The notes below the pieces were generated by a model, which worked only from the letters and a program-made list of their open reading frames with translations, searched no databases and was not told the origin of the DNA. DNA of 64,000 nucleotides from a virus, in the IMG/VR virus record IMGVR_UViG_3300031414_000013, positions 1 through 64,000 of that record. The stretch is one strand, 5' to 3'. This document shows positions 28,668-37,864 of the stretch, one piece after another (position 1 is the first letter of the stretch; each line of letters opens with the position of its first letter). The translations under genes and the position numbers were made by a program.

Positions 28668-29144
28668 TTACTGATTCAGTGCAAACGCCTTTAAATCACG
28701 AATCAGACAGTACGTGAAATGGTCCAGTGGAAGGTCACGGTAACAGCGATCAAAGGTCTCAAAATCCTCATCGTTCTCTGGTAAGAAGATCTCGTCCTGA
28801 ACGCCGTTACTGATTGCCCACTCTAACTGGTAGATGTCATCTGTACCTTCGAGGTTCAAGGTATCGTAGAACTTACCCTTATACTCCAATACGCAATGTA
28901 GTGGATACTCCGCGAACAGATCACCACCACAGCTTGCTAGCAGACAAAGATAATTGTGCTTAACCTCTGGCATGACCACACGAATAGCCTTAGCCAACTG
29001 ATAGCAGATACCACTACCCTCAATCATAACGCCGTCACTTCTTTCCCGTGCTTGGTTAATCCAGTCTATCGGGTCTACACGCTCTGGGTAATACTTGGTG
29101 TAGTAGTCGATAACAAACTCTAATGCCTTAGTGACAGTTAACAT
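28668..29144 (-). CDS. Papain/transglutaminase-like Cys-His-Asp protein
   Basis: GSGICYQLA...HCVLEYKGKFYD. Confidence 0.6.
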   Translation of the reverse strand: MLTVTKALEFVIDYYTKYYPERVDPIDWINQARERSDGVMIEGSGICYQLAKAIRVVMPEVKHNYLCLLASCGGDLFAEYPLHCVLEYKGKFYDTLNLEGTDDIYQLEWAISNGVQDEIFLPENDEDFETFDRCYRDLPLDHFTYCLIRDLKAFALNQ

Positions 29145-29169
29145 CTTTTGATTCCTTTAAATAGAGAGA

Positions 29170-29393
29170 CGGCATAAAACGAAACCCCACCCAAAAGGCA
29201 GAGTTTCGATTCGCGACGAATTTTTAGAGGAGTATACTCCTCGGTTTGTTGTTTCACTCTTAGAAGGGATTACTACTGACTAAGAGTATATACTCTGTCG
29301 GTATATACTCTCTATACTACTTTCTATAGTATATATATTTATGCTTCGCATAGCCCCCTCCTTATTCCTCCCCCATTGCTGAGATTGGACATA
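29170..29393 (-). other. Palindrome-rich intergenic element (ncRNA, leader or origin candidate)
   Basis: Perfect palindromes 29227-29242 and 29283-29296; TATG at 29390-93; terminator 29181-29207; 23-aa mini-ORF 29280-29351. Confidence 0.5.
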
Positions 29394-29475
29394 TAATAAG
29401 TACAGTTCAGATAATTAAAAACTAAAAATAAAAGAGAGTAAAGAGGAGGGACACTAGTCCCTCCGTACTATGCTG

Positions 29476-30459
29476 CTACACTGAGAACTTAGACTTAGTT
29501 AATGATGAAAGTAAATCACGCATCGGGGTGATATCATCGAATGGTACGTTCACGCTGAAGGCGACACTTCCCTGCTCAGGGCTATCGACCAAGTCAATCG
29601 CAGAGCGGAAAGTAACCAGACGAGTAAACTTGTTGAAGCGCTGAGTGACCTCCCAACCTTCGTAGTCTTTAGTCGTCCAGGTTCCTGATTTATCCCAACC
29701 CAACTCATCCACTGTAGTCGATAACAGAGCCGCACGAACGGCAGCAATGTTATCTTTGGTAATGCCATGGATATCAGTGTTCATCGCAACAACCTGACGA
29801 ACTAATTCCATGATGCCCATGCCGTCACCAATCACTAATGCGAATTCACCATCGTGTATGTGAACCAACGCGTAGTTCGATGCCCGATTACGACCGATCT
29901 GCTCAGGGTTTAAGTTTGTGTTGACAGTAGGTTCCAAACGCCCATCTGTTACCAGGTGTGCATCAGGATACGACTCCTTCAATAGTGCCATTTTATTGGA
30001 CAGCTCGATGCGACGGAAATCGTCTGAACCCAACATGATAGGCAACCACGCCCTGTCTACAGCCGATACACCTGAAGAGATGCGCCCGCCGATGGGGTCT
30101 ATACCTACTGTAACACTACGACGAGGCTTAGCTTGCACCTGAAGGTACATGCAGTGGTTCTCAAAACGCCATCCGTTCAACAACGCAACCAACGCCTTGG
30201 TGCGAATGTAACTTTTGGCTGGCTCGGTCAGTTTACGCTTATCCCAATGCACCGGAGTGATAATGGCTACGAGGCTACCTACCGCAACTTCCAGGTATGC
30301 GGGGATCATATACTGAGTCCGTAACCGGAAACGCACAACTGGCATTGACAGATTAACACCGAACCCATCGAAATCGTAGTGTTCAACGGTTTCTGGCTTT
30401 ACGCCGTACGGTTGGTTAGAGAAATGGGCACCGTCGTTATAAAGAGAGATTGTGGTCAT
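29476..30459 (-). CDS. Hypothetical protein
   Basis: 327 aa, AAGGA RBS. Confidence 0.75.
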   Translation of the reverse strand: MTTISLYNDGAHFSNQPYGVKPETVEHYDFDGFGVNLSMPVVRFRLRTQYMIPAYLEVAVGSLVAIITPVHWDKRKLTEPAKSYIRTKALVALLNGWRFENHCMYLQVQAKPRRSVTVGIDPIGGRISSGVSAVDRAWLPIMLGSDDFRRIELSNKMALLKESYPDAHLVTDGRLEPTVNTNLNPEQIGRNRASNYALVHIHDGEFALVIGDGMGIMELVRQVVAMNTDIHGITKDNIAAVRAALLSTTVDELGWDKSGTWTTKDYEGWEVTQRFNKFTRLVTFRSAIDLVDSPEQGSVAFSVNVPFDDITPMRDLLSSLTKSKFSV

Positions 30460-30468
30460 TGTGGTTCC

Positions 30469-30822
30469 TTAAGGAGTAAAAGTAGAGTCACGAAAACGTT
30501 CGAGCATCTCTTCGCCGGAAAGCATATTGTGGATAGCTTCACCGGGCTTCTCAGTGAGGTTATCCATACCGGTGAAACGCTCAAAGCGTTCTGGTGCTTT
30601 AACGACATGCCAGCCGTAGCGATAGTTATGTTTGATAAAAGACAGTGGGCGACGATCGTAGGTATAGACCGGCTTTAATGTCCAGACTCCACCTGCGTGC
30701 CGAATGCGTTTGTGCTCACCCTCAGGGTACACGGTATACTCACGTGGATAACCCATAAGCAATTCCGTCAGTTTGTACCAACCCATACGCACCCAATACT
30801 CAAAACGCTCGTTGTACTTCAT
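30469..30822 (-). CDS. Hypothetical protein
   Basis: 117 aa, AAGGA RBS. Confidence 0.7.
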   Translation of the reverse strand: MKYNERFEYWVRMGWYKLTELLMGYPREYTVYPEGEHKRIRHAGGVWTLKPVYTYDRRPLSFIKHNYRYGWHVVKAPERFERFTGMDNLTEKPGEAIHNMLSGEEMLERFRDSTFTP

Positions 30823-30831
30823 CTGTGTTCC

Positions 30832-31122
30832 TTAGAATAGGTTTTCACTCTGGAGTCCGAAGTCCAATAATGGTTCGTCACGCCAGAGTCCGATTTGTCC
30901 TGCTTCAGTAGCAACTACAGCTGCCTCTTCGCGAGTCATCCATTTACGCTCATTACAGATGAACCCTTCTTCCATGGGTGTGGTGATGTCAGCATCGGTA
31001 ATGCCTGCTGCATCCATCTGTGCTCGCATGATGTCGTCGAAGTGACGGATGCCAACATAAATGACGTCCTTCCATCTTACAGCCGGTGCTACCACAACTC
31101 TACAGCGTGCTTTACTTGACAA
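30832..31122 (-). CDS. Conserved small phage protein
   Basis: G.RH...EGFI...TREEA...GQI...L.SE.L motif. Confidence 0.7.
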   Translation of the reverse strand: MSSKARCRVVVAPAVRWKDVIYVGIRHFDDIMRAQMDAAGITDADITTPMEEGFICNERKWMTREEAAVVATEAGQIGLWRDEPLLDFGLQSENLF

Positions 31123-32383
31123 AGCGTTTCAGCCCCTCATTCAGTTTAGACATCAACGCAACGTCGTTAGTGATCGCAGCGTTAGCGCTATTGATAGAAA
31201 TCTGCGCAACAGAGATCTGTGCCTGGTTCGTAGCGATGCGACCCAAGCAGTCACCCATCTGTTTCTGGATATCAGCCAGACTGGTGGTTGAGATACCTTC
31301 GTCCGTAAACGCGTAGATGCCGGTATCGAGCGACTGCTGTTCAGCGCCCCCTTCCGTAGTACGATTCACTCCAGCAACAAAAGCATCTACTGGTAAGATA
31401 GGACGACCCGAAGATGCAGCAAGCGTAGGAACGATTGGGGTAGGGATCTTAGTTGCTGCCAGATCAATAATAGCCGGACGTGTAGCTGGCTGACTAGCAG
31501 CGCTACGAGAATGTCCAGGACTCAACATTGGGTTGGAACGTGTGATTCTAGAGCCTACAACATGTTCAGGTGCTTCTACTTCTTCTTTGGTTGCCAGACG
31601 GGTATCTACCTTCGGCATCTCTGCCACGGGACGCTCAGGCGCTAATTTGATCTTACCTTTCAATGCAGACAACTGATCGGCCAGCGCACTGTTAGGTAAG
31701 GAACTGTTGTCTTCCCAGGTAAAGTGCTCTTTACCCAGATACTGATTGTGAACCAATACCATAACACCGGGAGAGCGGCGCGGTAAACCATCGGCGTCTA
31801 CGTAACTGTAGTTCACTGAAGTCTTGTGCAATAAGTCAACCAGGTATTTCTGTTGTTCTGGCTCGAGGTAATCAAAGCGAGGGCAGACACGGCCCAGTTC
31901 ACTGATAGTAGCACCGAAGTTACGGGTGTCTACCGTACCCATGATCTCAACCGCTTCAACGTGCAGCGATGAATCGATTCCAGTTAACTCATCTTTATAC
32001 TTACTGACGTTCAGCTGTTGTGGCTTCTCACGGTTATTCTGAATGGTTGGTACGCGTTCTTCTTTCTTCTCTACAGGGGCTTCTTTCTTACGTGGATCAA
32101 ATACGATGGTGCCTGATTGATAGTCGTGTTTACCTGGGTCAGCAGGAGCCTCACCGAGATTGGCAATCAGGATGAAGGCGTCTTCTTCACCAATCCGATA
32201 TTGCAGTACTGTTTCAGTCTGACGGGTGTATTCCATCAGATCTTCAAACTCACTGGCAGATAGTAGTGATATACGCTGAGTAGTTTCACGCAAGTGTGAG
32301 AAAGTCACACCGAATTTAGAATTACGCAGGATGGCTTTCAGTTCACGGTTTGCAGAATACAGAGTGGTTGCTAATTTACGCAT
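31112..32383 (-). CDS. Hypothetical protein with low-complexity linker and C-terminal coiled coil
   Basis: ~423 aa, AAGGA RBS. Confidence 0.75.
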   Translation of the reverse strand: MRKLATTLYSANRELKAILRNSKFGVTFSHLRETTQRISLLSASEFEDLMEYTRQTETVLQYRIGEEDAFILIANLGEAPADPGKHDYQSGTIVFDPRKKEAPVEKKEERVPTIQNNREKPQQLNVSKYKDELTGIDSSLHVEAVEIMGTVDTRNFGATISELGRVCPRFDYLEPEQQKYLVDLLHKTSVNYSYVDADGLPRRSPGVMVLVHNQYLGKEHFTWEDNSSLPNSALADQLSALKGKIKLAPERPVAEMPKVDTRLATKEEVEAPEHVVGSRITRSNPMLSPGHSRSAASQPATRPAIIDLAATKIPTPIVPTLAASSGRPILPVDAFVAGVNRTTEGGAEQQSLDTGIYAFTDEGISTTSLADIQKQMGDCLGRIATNQAQISVAQISINSANAAITNDVALMSKLNEGLKRFVK

Positions 32384-32439
32384 GGTATTAATCCTTTTCA
32401 AAAGTAGAGGTGGGTGGCACTAGGCCACCCGATTGTTAT

Positions 32440-32607
32440 TTAAACTACAGTGGATTCGTCAACGGTAGCACGAACGATCTCGGCTGCTGTCTCTTCACTG
32501 GTAACAGTACGCAGACCCCAATAGAGAAGTCCTGCGATTGCTGCAACGCCAACTGCTGATACGATGACGATTGCTGTCTTGCTTGGTTTGTTATCTTGAT
32601 TTTCCAT
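32440..32607 (-). CDS. Small single-TM early protein, 55 aa (not in ORF track)
   Basis: MENQDNKPSKTAIVIVSAVGVAAIAGLLYWG..., AAGGA RBS, directly after an early promoter motif. Confidence 0.65.
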   Translation of the reverse strand: MENQDNKPSKTAIVIVSAVGVAAIAGLLYWGLRTVTSEETAAEIVRATVDESTVV

Positions 32608-32662
32608 TGCGATGGTTCCTTATACAAGTAAGTAAAAAGTAATTATTGCCACATTGCAATGG

Positions 32663-32680
32663 TGTGTTATATATCTGAAC
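32663..32680 (-). promoter_or_regulatory. Early promoter motif (variant)
   Basis: GTTCAGATATATAACACA. Confidence 0.5.
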
Positions 32681-32739
32681 AATTACTGAGACGGCATAAA
32701 AGCTAGGACCGTAACCCTAGCTTGTTTTATGTCCCGAAC

Positions 32740-33519
32740 TTACTTATACGCAGCAAGAGCCATCTGGCAGATGTGACTACGTACGCAGTCTTCTTCCAGG
32801 AACTCAACCTTGCCTACATATTCACCTGCGTTGAAACGACCCAGTGCGTCACCCAGGCCAGATGTGATGTGTTTAGGCAGGTCACACTGCTCAACGTCAC
32901 CGTTTACTACCACAGTGCAGTTTTCACCGATACGCGTAAGGAACAGCTTCATCTGATTAGCGGTAACGTTCTGCGCTTCATCCAGAATAACGAAAGCATC
33001 TTTGAAAGTACAACCACGCATGTATGCGAATGGTGCAATAACAATTTTGCCAATCTCAGGACGCAGGCAGTATTCAAGGAAACTCGCACCCAGTCGTTCC
33101 AGCAACACTTCGTATACTGGTTTGAAGAACGGTGCAAACTTCTCATGTACGTCACCTGGTAAGAAACCCAGATCTTCGTCGGCTTGCAGCACCGGACGCG
33201 TCACCACGATACGAGCAACTTCTTTGTTCATCAATGCATCTGCTGCTTTAGTAGCGGCGATGTATGTTTTACCAGAACCGGCTGGTCCATGTCCAAAGAT
33301 CAGATCCTTCGTATCCAGCGCAAGGATGTAATGTCCCTGCGCTTCGTTCTTGGCTTCTAAAGGAGCGCGATTGCGCCCAACAGCCATGCCTATTTGTTCA
33401 ACAGCCTGAGCGGGATCAAGTTGTTCAACATTGCGACGACTACCATTGCGCTTGGTGCTACGCTTATCCGCGCGACGCGCTTCATGCTTAACCTGGTTAG
33501 CAAACTTCTGTCGACCCAT
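32740..33519 (-). CDS. phoH: PhoH-family ATPase
   Basis: GPAGSGKT, LGFLPG, AYMRG.TF, ILDEAQN, GDVEQCD; start moved to 33519 (AAGGA RBS). Confidence 0.95.
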   Translation of the reverse strand: MGRQKFANQVKHEARRADKRSTKRNGSRRNVEQLDPAQAVEQIGMAVGRNRAPLEAKNEAQGHYILALDTKDLIFGHGPAGSGKTYIAATKAADALMNKEVARIVVTRPVLQADEDLGFLPGDVHEKFAPFFKPVYEVLLERLGASFLEYCLRPEIGKIVIAPFAYMRGCTFKDAFVILDEAQNVTANQMKLFLTRIGENCTVVVNGDVEQCDLPKHITSGLGDALGRFNAGEYVGKVEFLEEDCVRSHICQMALAAYK

Positions 33520-33695
33520 AGGTAGGTTCCTTACTGGATGTGCCTTAGCCGGTGAAACTAAGACAGCAGGAGTGTTGTTCGAGAACAAGTTAAGTACATG
33601 CTTTCGAACGACGAGTTTCAGGACAATTAAAAGATGGCCTAAAGTATCACCCTTAGACCATCACCTCGTTCGTAGTTAACGAACATTGCACATCA

Positions 33696-35429
33696 TTAGT
33701 TAAGACCGACGATCTTAATTGCTTCAGTGATCTCACCCAGTGGTAATGCTATTGCATTGTAGGACGTAGGAGAGGTCTGTGAGAGCATGAGGATAGACGG
33801 ATACACACGACTGGCGGTAGGAACCGGACGAGCTTCTAACCAATGTGAGGCAGCCCATTCGGCGACGGCGTCATCGTGTCCCTGTGCAGTGTTGACGATG
33901 TAGACACCCGAACGAACTTCGATAAACTGAACACGCTTTTCATCAGGACGAATCTTGACGTTATCAGTAGGCAGGTACTGGCGAATGTGCGCTGCGCTCA
34001 TCGGGTAAGCTTTAAGATAGTAATCGGTCATCTCTTTCCAGTTGGAAACTTCGCCGATAATCTCACTGTATGTCGCAACGTACTGCATTGCAGCGAGAGT
34101 TCCCTGCTTAGGGTACCCTTGGGAGGCCACACCAGTTAAGATCTTCAGAATCTCGTCTGGGAGCTTCAGTTGGGTAGTCGGGTCCATCTTAGTCTGAACC
34201 ATTGAGCCGATTAACCGCAGGCGCTTTTCTTCAGCCCACTGTTGTGCATCTACCGGGAAGAAATGCTTAACGCTGTCGTTCTCGTAAATGACCGGGTTAG
34301 CCAACGGGGTAAGGACGTGAGACTGTTTACCTAACCACTTGATAGTCGTGCCGGTTTCCATCCAGAGAGTAGCGTATGGGTTAGGGGTGAGCGTGTACTC
34401 AAGGGCACCTAACTCGAAACCTTCCTCAGTGCGGCGACGCGATACCCGGATATCGCGATACGCCTCGCCCTTAGCATTCCATTCTGATTCAATGAACGCC
34501 TGGACGGGAACAATAGGTAGTCCGTTGGCCAGGCGCGCCAGATTGCGTCGGTAGACGGCCGGGTCACCAACCTGTCGCTTGCTAACCGCAATGCTAGTCA
34601 TGCGAGAGCCGACTTCTGAGTATGTGCTGGCGTACTGACTAGGGCTGATGCCTTTGTCACTTAAGAACACAAGCAATGCATCTACATCTGTACGCGCATG
34701 GCGAGTCAAGATACCTTCGTGCATCGCCAAACGAATCTCGCAATCCATAGACCAGTTCGACCGCATGTTCTCAGTTACAAACTTCGGTGAGGTCAGTAAC
34801 ATATCGAGGTGCCACAGTTTAATGGCAAGGTCGTGCAGTGACGCAATGCGAGTAAAGTCGTCGTGCGTTTTAATGTCCTGGTTCCATGGTTGGTTCATCA
34901 ACCAGACGTTCTCAGGGAGATCGTGTTTAGCGTCCCAGCGAGGACGGTCGTCTACCAGAGTAAAGTTACCTTCACCGAATACTTCAGTCAGGTGCTCTAC
35001 CTTATCACCAGCTTTGACCGGATCTAAGATGATAGTGAAGTCGGGCCGCCAGCCCAGTTCAGCGAATGCCACTTCTGATAATGCAGCTGCGTCAGGGTGG
35101 AAACCGCGATGCGTACAGATGCCGAGACTGGAGCCGTGTTTCTTCAACCGCTCTACAGTCTGATTGAAACGGTCGTTACCTTCACGTACACGACGTTCGG
35201 ACATGAACAGTCCTTCGGCCAGCACTACGTCTAAACCGCCGTTGGTGTTAGCTGTGGTCAGATAAACACCCTCAGCTGGCAATGGGTAGCCTTTATCCGC
35301 AACGCGCTGACGCAGGGACAGGAATGTATCGTTCAGAGTGTCGTCCCAATCCAGAACGACGAAGTCCAACATGCGAGGACTGGTAAAGGTTAAATCTTTG
35401 ACGAAAGCGGGTTCTTCGATATTGTACAC
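33696..35429 (-). CDS. HAD-superfamily 5'(3')-nucleotidase-like domain fused to a large unknown C-terminal region
   Basis: LDWDDTL, CTHRG, K, LVDDRP, QPWN; start moved to GTG 35429. Confidence 0.75.
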   Translation of the reverse strand: MYNIEEPAFVKDLTFTSPRMLDFVVLDWDDTLNDTFLSLRQRVADKGYPLPAEGVYLTTANTNGGLDVVLAEGLFMSERRVREGNDRFNQTVERLKKHGSSLGICTHRGFHPDAAALSEVAFAELGWRPDFTIILDPVKAGDKVEHLTEVFGEGNFTLVDDRPRWDAKHDLPENVWLMNQPWNQDIKTHDDFTRIASLHDLAIKLWHLDMLLTSPKFVTENMRSNWSMDCEIRLAMHEGILTRHARTDVDALLVFLSDKGISPSQYASTYSEVGSRMTSIAVSKRQVGDPAVYRRNLARLANGLPIVPVQAFIESEWNAKGEAYRDIRVSRRRTEEGFELGALEYTLTPNPYATLWMETGTTIKWLGKQSHVLTPLANPVIYENDSVKHFFPVDAQQWAEEKRLRLIGSMVQTKMDPTTQLKLPDEILKILTGVASQGYPKQGTLAAMQYVATYSEIIGEVSNWKEMTDYYLKAYPMSAAHIRQYLPTDNVKIRPDEKRVQFIEVRSGVYIVNTAQGHDDAVAEWAASHWLEARPVPTASRVYPSILMLSQTSPTSYNAIALPLGEITEAIKIVGLN

Positions 35430-35430
35430 G

Positions 35431-36066
35431 TTACAGTCCTTCTGGAATAAAGTTAATAGAGTGAAGTTCCTGAACCCAGTCAGGACGCGAGCTTTCAGTA
35501 TCGCCACCAAACTTCAGGACGATGCGGTCGCTCTCCTGCATCCAGTACTTGTTGTTCAACCACACCAACACATTCGCGTCGTTGATAATCACCCGGTCGA
35601 TGATATTGTAGTTAACACGAATAGGTTCACTGATTGAAACCGCGCTTGGTTCGATATCCAACTTACCTAACGGGGAGAGAATACGTCCCAGCTTGTTCAC
35701 CAAAGAAATGACGCCGATTGTGCCAACCAGCTCAACGGTCTTTGGTATAAGTCGGAATTTAACACGAATGCGAGAATCTTTCTTACTGAAGAGAATAGCA
35801 CAACGATCGTAGGTGATCTGTTGTCCGAACTCAGACCCAACCAACTTAAACGGTCTCCGAGCTTTGAACACCAAACCATGACGATTGTTATTCGATGTTG
35901 TATAGAGACTAACGATCAGTGCAAGTCGTAATGCCGCAATCTCTTCTGTAGACAGAGTAACCTCAACATCCTGTATCTTCACTCTGAAAAACGCTTCCAC
36001 TACAAGTCCGTGTTCTTGTGCATAGTCGAGCATATGCAAATACGCAGGCTTAGCTAAATCTACCAT
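35431..36066 (-). CDS. Hypothetical protein
   Basis: 211 aa in operon. Confidence 0.7.
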   Translation of the reverse strand: MVDLAKPAYLHMLDYAQEHGLVVEAFFRVKIQDVEVTLSTEEIAALRLALIVSLYTTSNNNRHGLVFKARRPFKLVGSEFGQQITYDRCAILFSKKDSRIRVKFRLIPKTVELVGTIGVISLVNKLGRILSPLGKLDIEPSAVSISEPIRVNYNIIDRVIINDANVLVWLNNKYWMQESDRIVLKFGGDTESSRPDWVQELHSINFIPEGL

Positions 36067-36083
36067 TTAATAAGCACCTTGTT

Positions 36084-36665
36084 TTATTTGTAAACGCCGG
36101 AGATGTGATGTTTCCGGCAGACAGACACGTAACGATCGTTGCCACCAATGACAACCTGTTCACCCTTACGTGAGACCTTACCTTCGTCATCGATGCGCAG
36201 CACCATTGTTGCTTTGCGACCACAATGACAGATGGTTTTGATTTCTTCGAGTTTGTCAGCAATAGCCAACAGACGATGACTACCTGGGAACAGTTCACCC
36301 TGGAAGTCGGTACGCAGACCATAACACATAACCGGGATGTCCAGCATGTCTACGATGTCAGACAACTGATCTACTTGGTCACGAGTCAGGAACTGTGCTT
36401 CATCTACCATGATACACGCAATGCGACGTGCATCGTTAGCATGCACGGTGTATTGGTAAATGTTAGAATTCGGCAATACCGTGATTGCTTCGTGGGTCAG
36501 GCCAATGCGTGATACTGCTTCGGGCTTCGCTGTCTCACGTGTGTCGATTGCTGGCTTGAAGATAACGACATGCATACCGCGTTCTTCGTAGTTGTATGCA
36601 GCCTGAATTAAAGCGGTAGTTTTACCACTGTTCATCTGACCGTATTTAAAATAAAGGCTAGACAT
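36084..36665 (-). CDS. tdk: Thymidine kinase
   Basis: YGQMNSGKT, VDEAQFL, YGLRTDF, CHC...GGNDRYVSVCRKH. Confidence 0.97.
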   Translation of the reverse strand: MSSLYFKYGQMNSGKTTALIQAAYNYEERGMHVVIFKPAIDTRETAKPEAVSRIGLTHEAITVLPNSNIYQYTVHANDARRIACIMVDEAQFLTRDQVDQLSDIVDMLDIPVMCYGLRTDFQGELFPGSHRLLAIADKLEEIKTICHCGRKATMVLRIDDEGKVSRKGEQVVIGGNDRYVSVCRKHHISGVYK

Positions 36666-36746
36666 AATCTATTCTCTTATGGTGGTTTTCTAAATGATTC
36701 AACGGCATAATAAAAATTTACCAGGGGGCTAGCCCTGGTAAACTTG

Positions 36747-37223
36747 TTAGTCGCACGGCTTCCAGTATTCGTCTGTGAAATACAACTCTGTGGGAAGTTT
36801 CTTATCCGTGAGTAACTTCTGAACCTGAACACGAACACGCTCAAGTTGTGCCATGCAATCTTCATCTTTTCCTTCAACATAGAGGATAGACATGTGCGGG
36901 GCGTAGTTGTCGTAGCTGTAACTGAAACCAGCATCGATCAACTCAAAGTGACGCTTCATGATTTTGTCTGATGAAAGCAACAGAACAACGGCTTTACCCA
37001 AGACAGCCACACCCATTACACTGGCGTGATAAATCTCAGGTGGAATCTCGATATCGTCCGTGGTTTTACTGTTACGCTCATCATACATCAGAGTGCAGTG
37101 AAGTTTCTCAATCGGAATCAGTTTCAATCCTTTAGGCAGATCCAGATCACGAATAGCCTTCAACACGTTATTGTGTGGGTTGATAATCGGCTTTAGTGCC
37201 GAGTACCCGATTTTTGTACTCAT
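36747..37223 (-). CDS. 2H phosphoesterase, Acb1 / T4 57B-like
   Basis: LHCTLMY and PHMSILY (two HxT/S motifs); start moved to 37223 (GAGGA RBS). Confidence 0.8.
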   Translation of the reverse strand: MSTKIGYSALKPIINPHNNVLKAIRDLDLPKGLKLIPIEKLHCTLMYDERNSKTTDDIEIPPEIYHASVMGVAVLGKAVVLLLSSDKIMKRHFELIDAGFSYSYDNYAPHMSILYVEGKDEDCMAQLERVRVQVQKLLTDKKLPTELYFTDEYWKPCD

Positions 37224-37252
37224 TGCTAATCCTCTACGATAAATGCATAGAA

Positions 37253-37450
37253 TTAGCGACGGTTCCCACAATACCGACTTGCGGTTAGAATCAGGTAGAT
37301 AAGGATAGGAAGCCACCCCGTTGCCAGAACAACACGTTTGATTGTCAGCCAACCGTCCGCATTGCAATAGTTACGTGAGTCACAGTGCTTCTCTAACATA
37401 CGGTCGATCAGTAAAGCCACTATTAAATAGAGAGCCAGTCCATAATACAT
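37253..37450 (-). CDS. Small membrane protein
   Basis: Two hydrophobic segments, WLP motif. Confidence 0.55.
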   Translation of the reverse strand: MYYGLALYLIVALLIDRMLEKHCDSRNYCNADGWLTIKRVVLATGWLPILIYLILTASRYCGNRR

Positions 37451-37509
37451 ACGACCACCAAAAAAAAAAGAAGATAGGCTGCGTAGGGAGCCTTTCGGCT
37501 CCCTACGGG

Positions 37510-37854
37510 TTAGATTGCTTCGGTGATATCACCGCCGGTCAGCTCACGATATGCACGTGCGATCTCAATACCGTCTTCGGTAACAGAGAAGCTTGCGCGC
37601 GACAGACCATGCTCAGCCAGGACTTCAGTGCGAGCAGACAGTGGGGTAAACAGACCCAGTGCCAGCCAGGTGATGGTCAGTACTTTACCATCGCTGTAGT
37701 CCGGGATTTCGGATGTAGTGTCAACAGTGAATTCGTGAATGAATTTACCGTTAGCACGAGCAACTGTAACCTTCATTGCTTCGCGACCACCTGCTACACA
37801 CACGGTATCACGAGTAATGACGATATCACCTACAGCACGAAAATGTTCAGACAT
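37510..37854 (-). CDS. Hypothetical protein
   Basis: Start moved to 37854 (AAGGA RBS). Confidence 0.7.
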   Translation of the reverse strand: MSEHFRAVGDIVITRDTVCVAGGREAMKVTVARANGKFIHEFTVDTTSEIPDYSDGKVLTITWLALGLFTPLSARTEVLAEHGLSRASFSVTEDGIEIARAYRELTGGDITEAI

Positions 37855-37864
37855 ACAATTTCCT

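Noticed and set aside
29227-29313. GTATA(TA)CTC repeats as a CRISPR mini-array
   Set aside because: Repeats are short, unequal and irregularly spaced; no cas genes
32445-32627. ORF-track 60-aa ORF
   Set aside because: Frame 32440-32607 has an RBS and a clear TM helix
33600-33670. GTGATG...CTGAAA resembling a hammerhead ribozyme core
   Set aside because: Lacks CUGAnGA and the required stem arrangement
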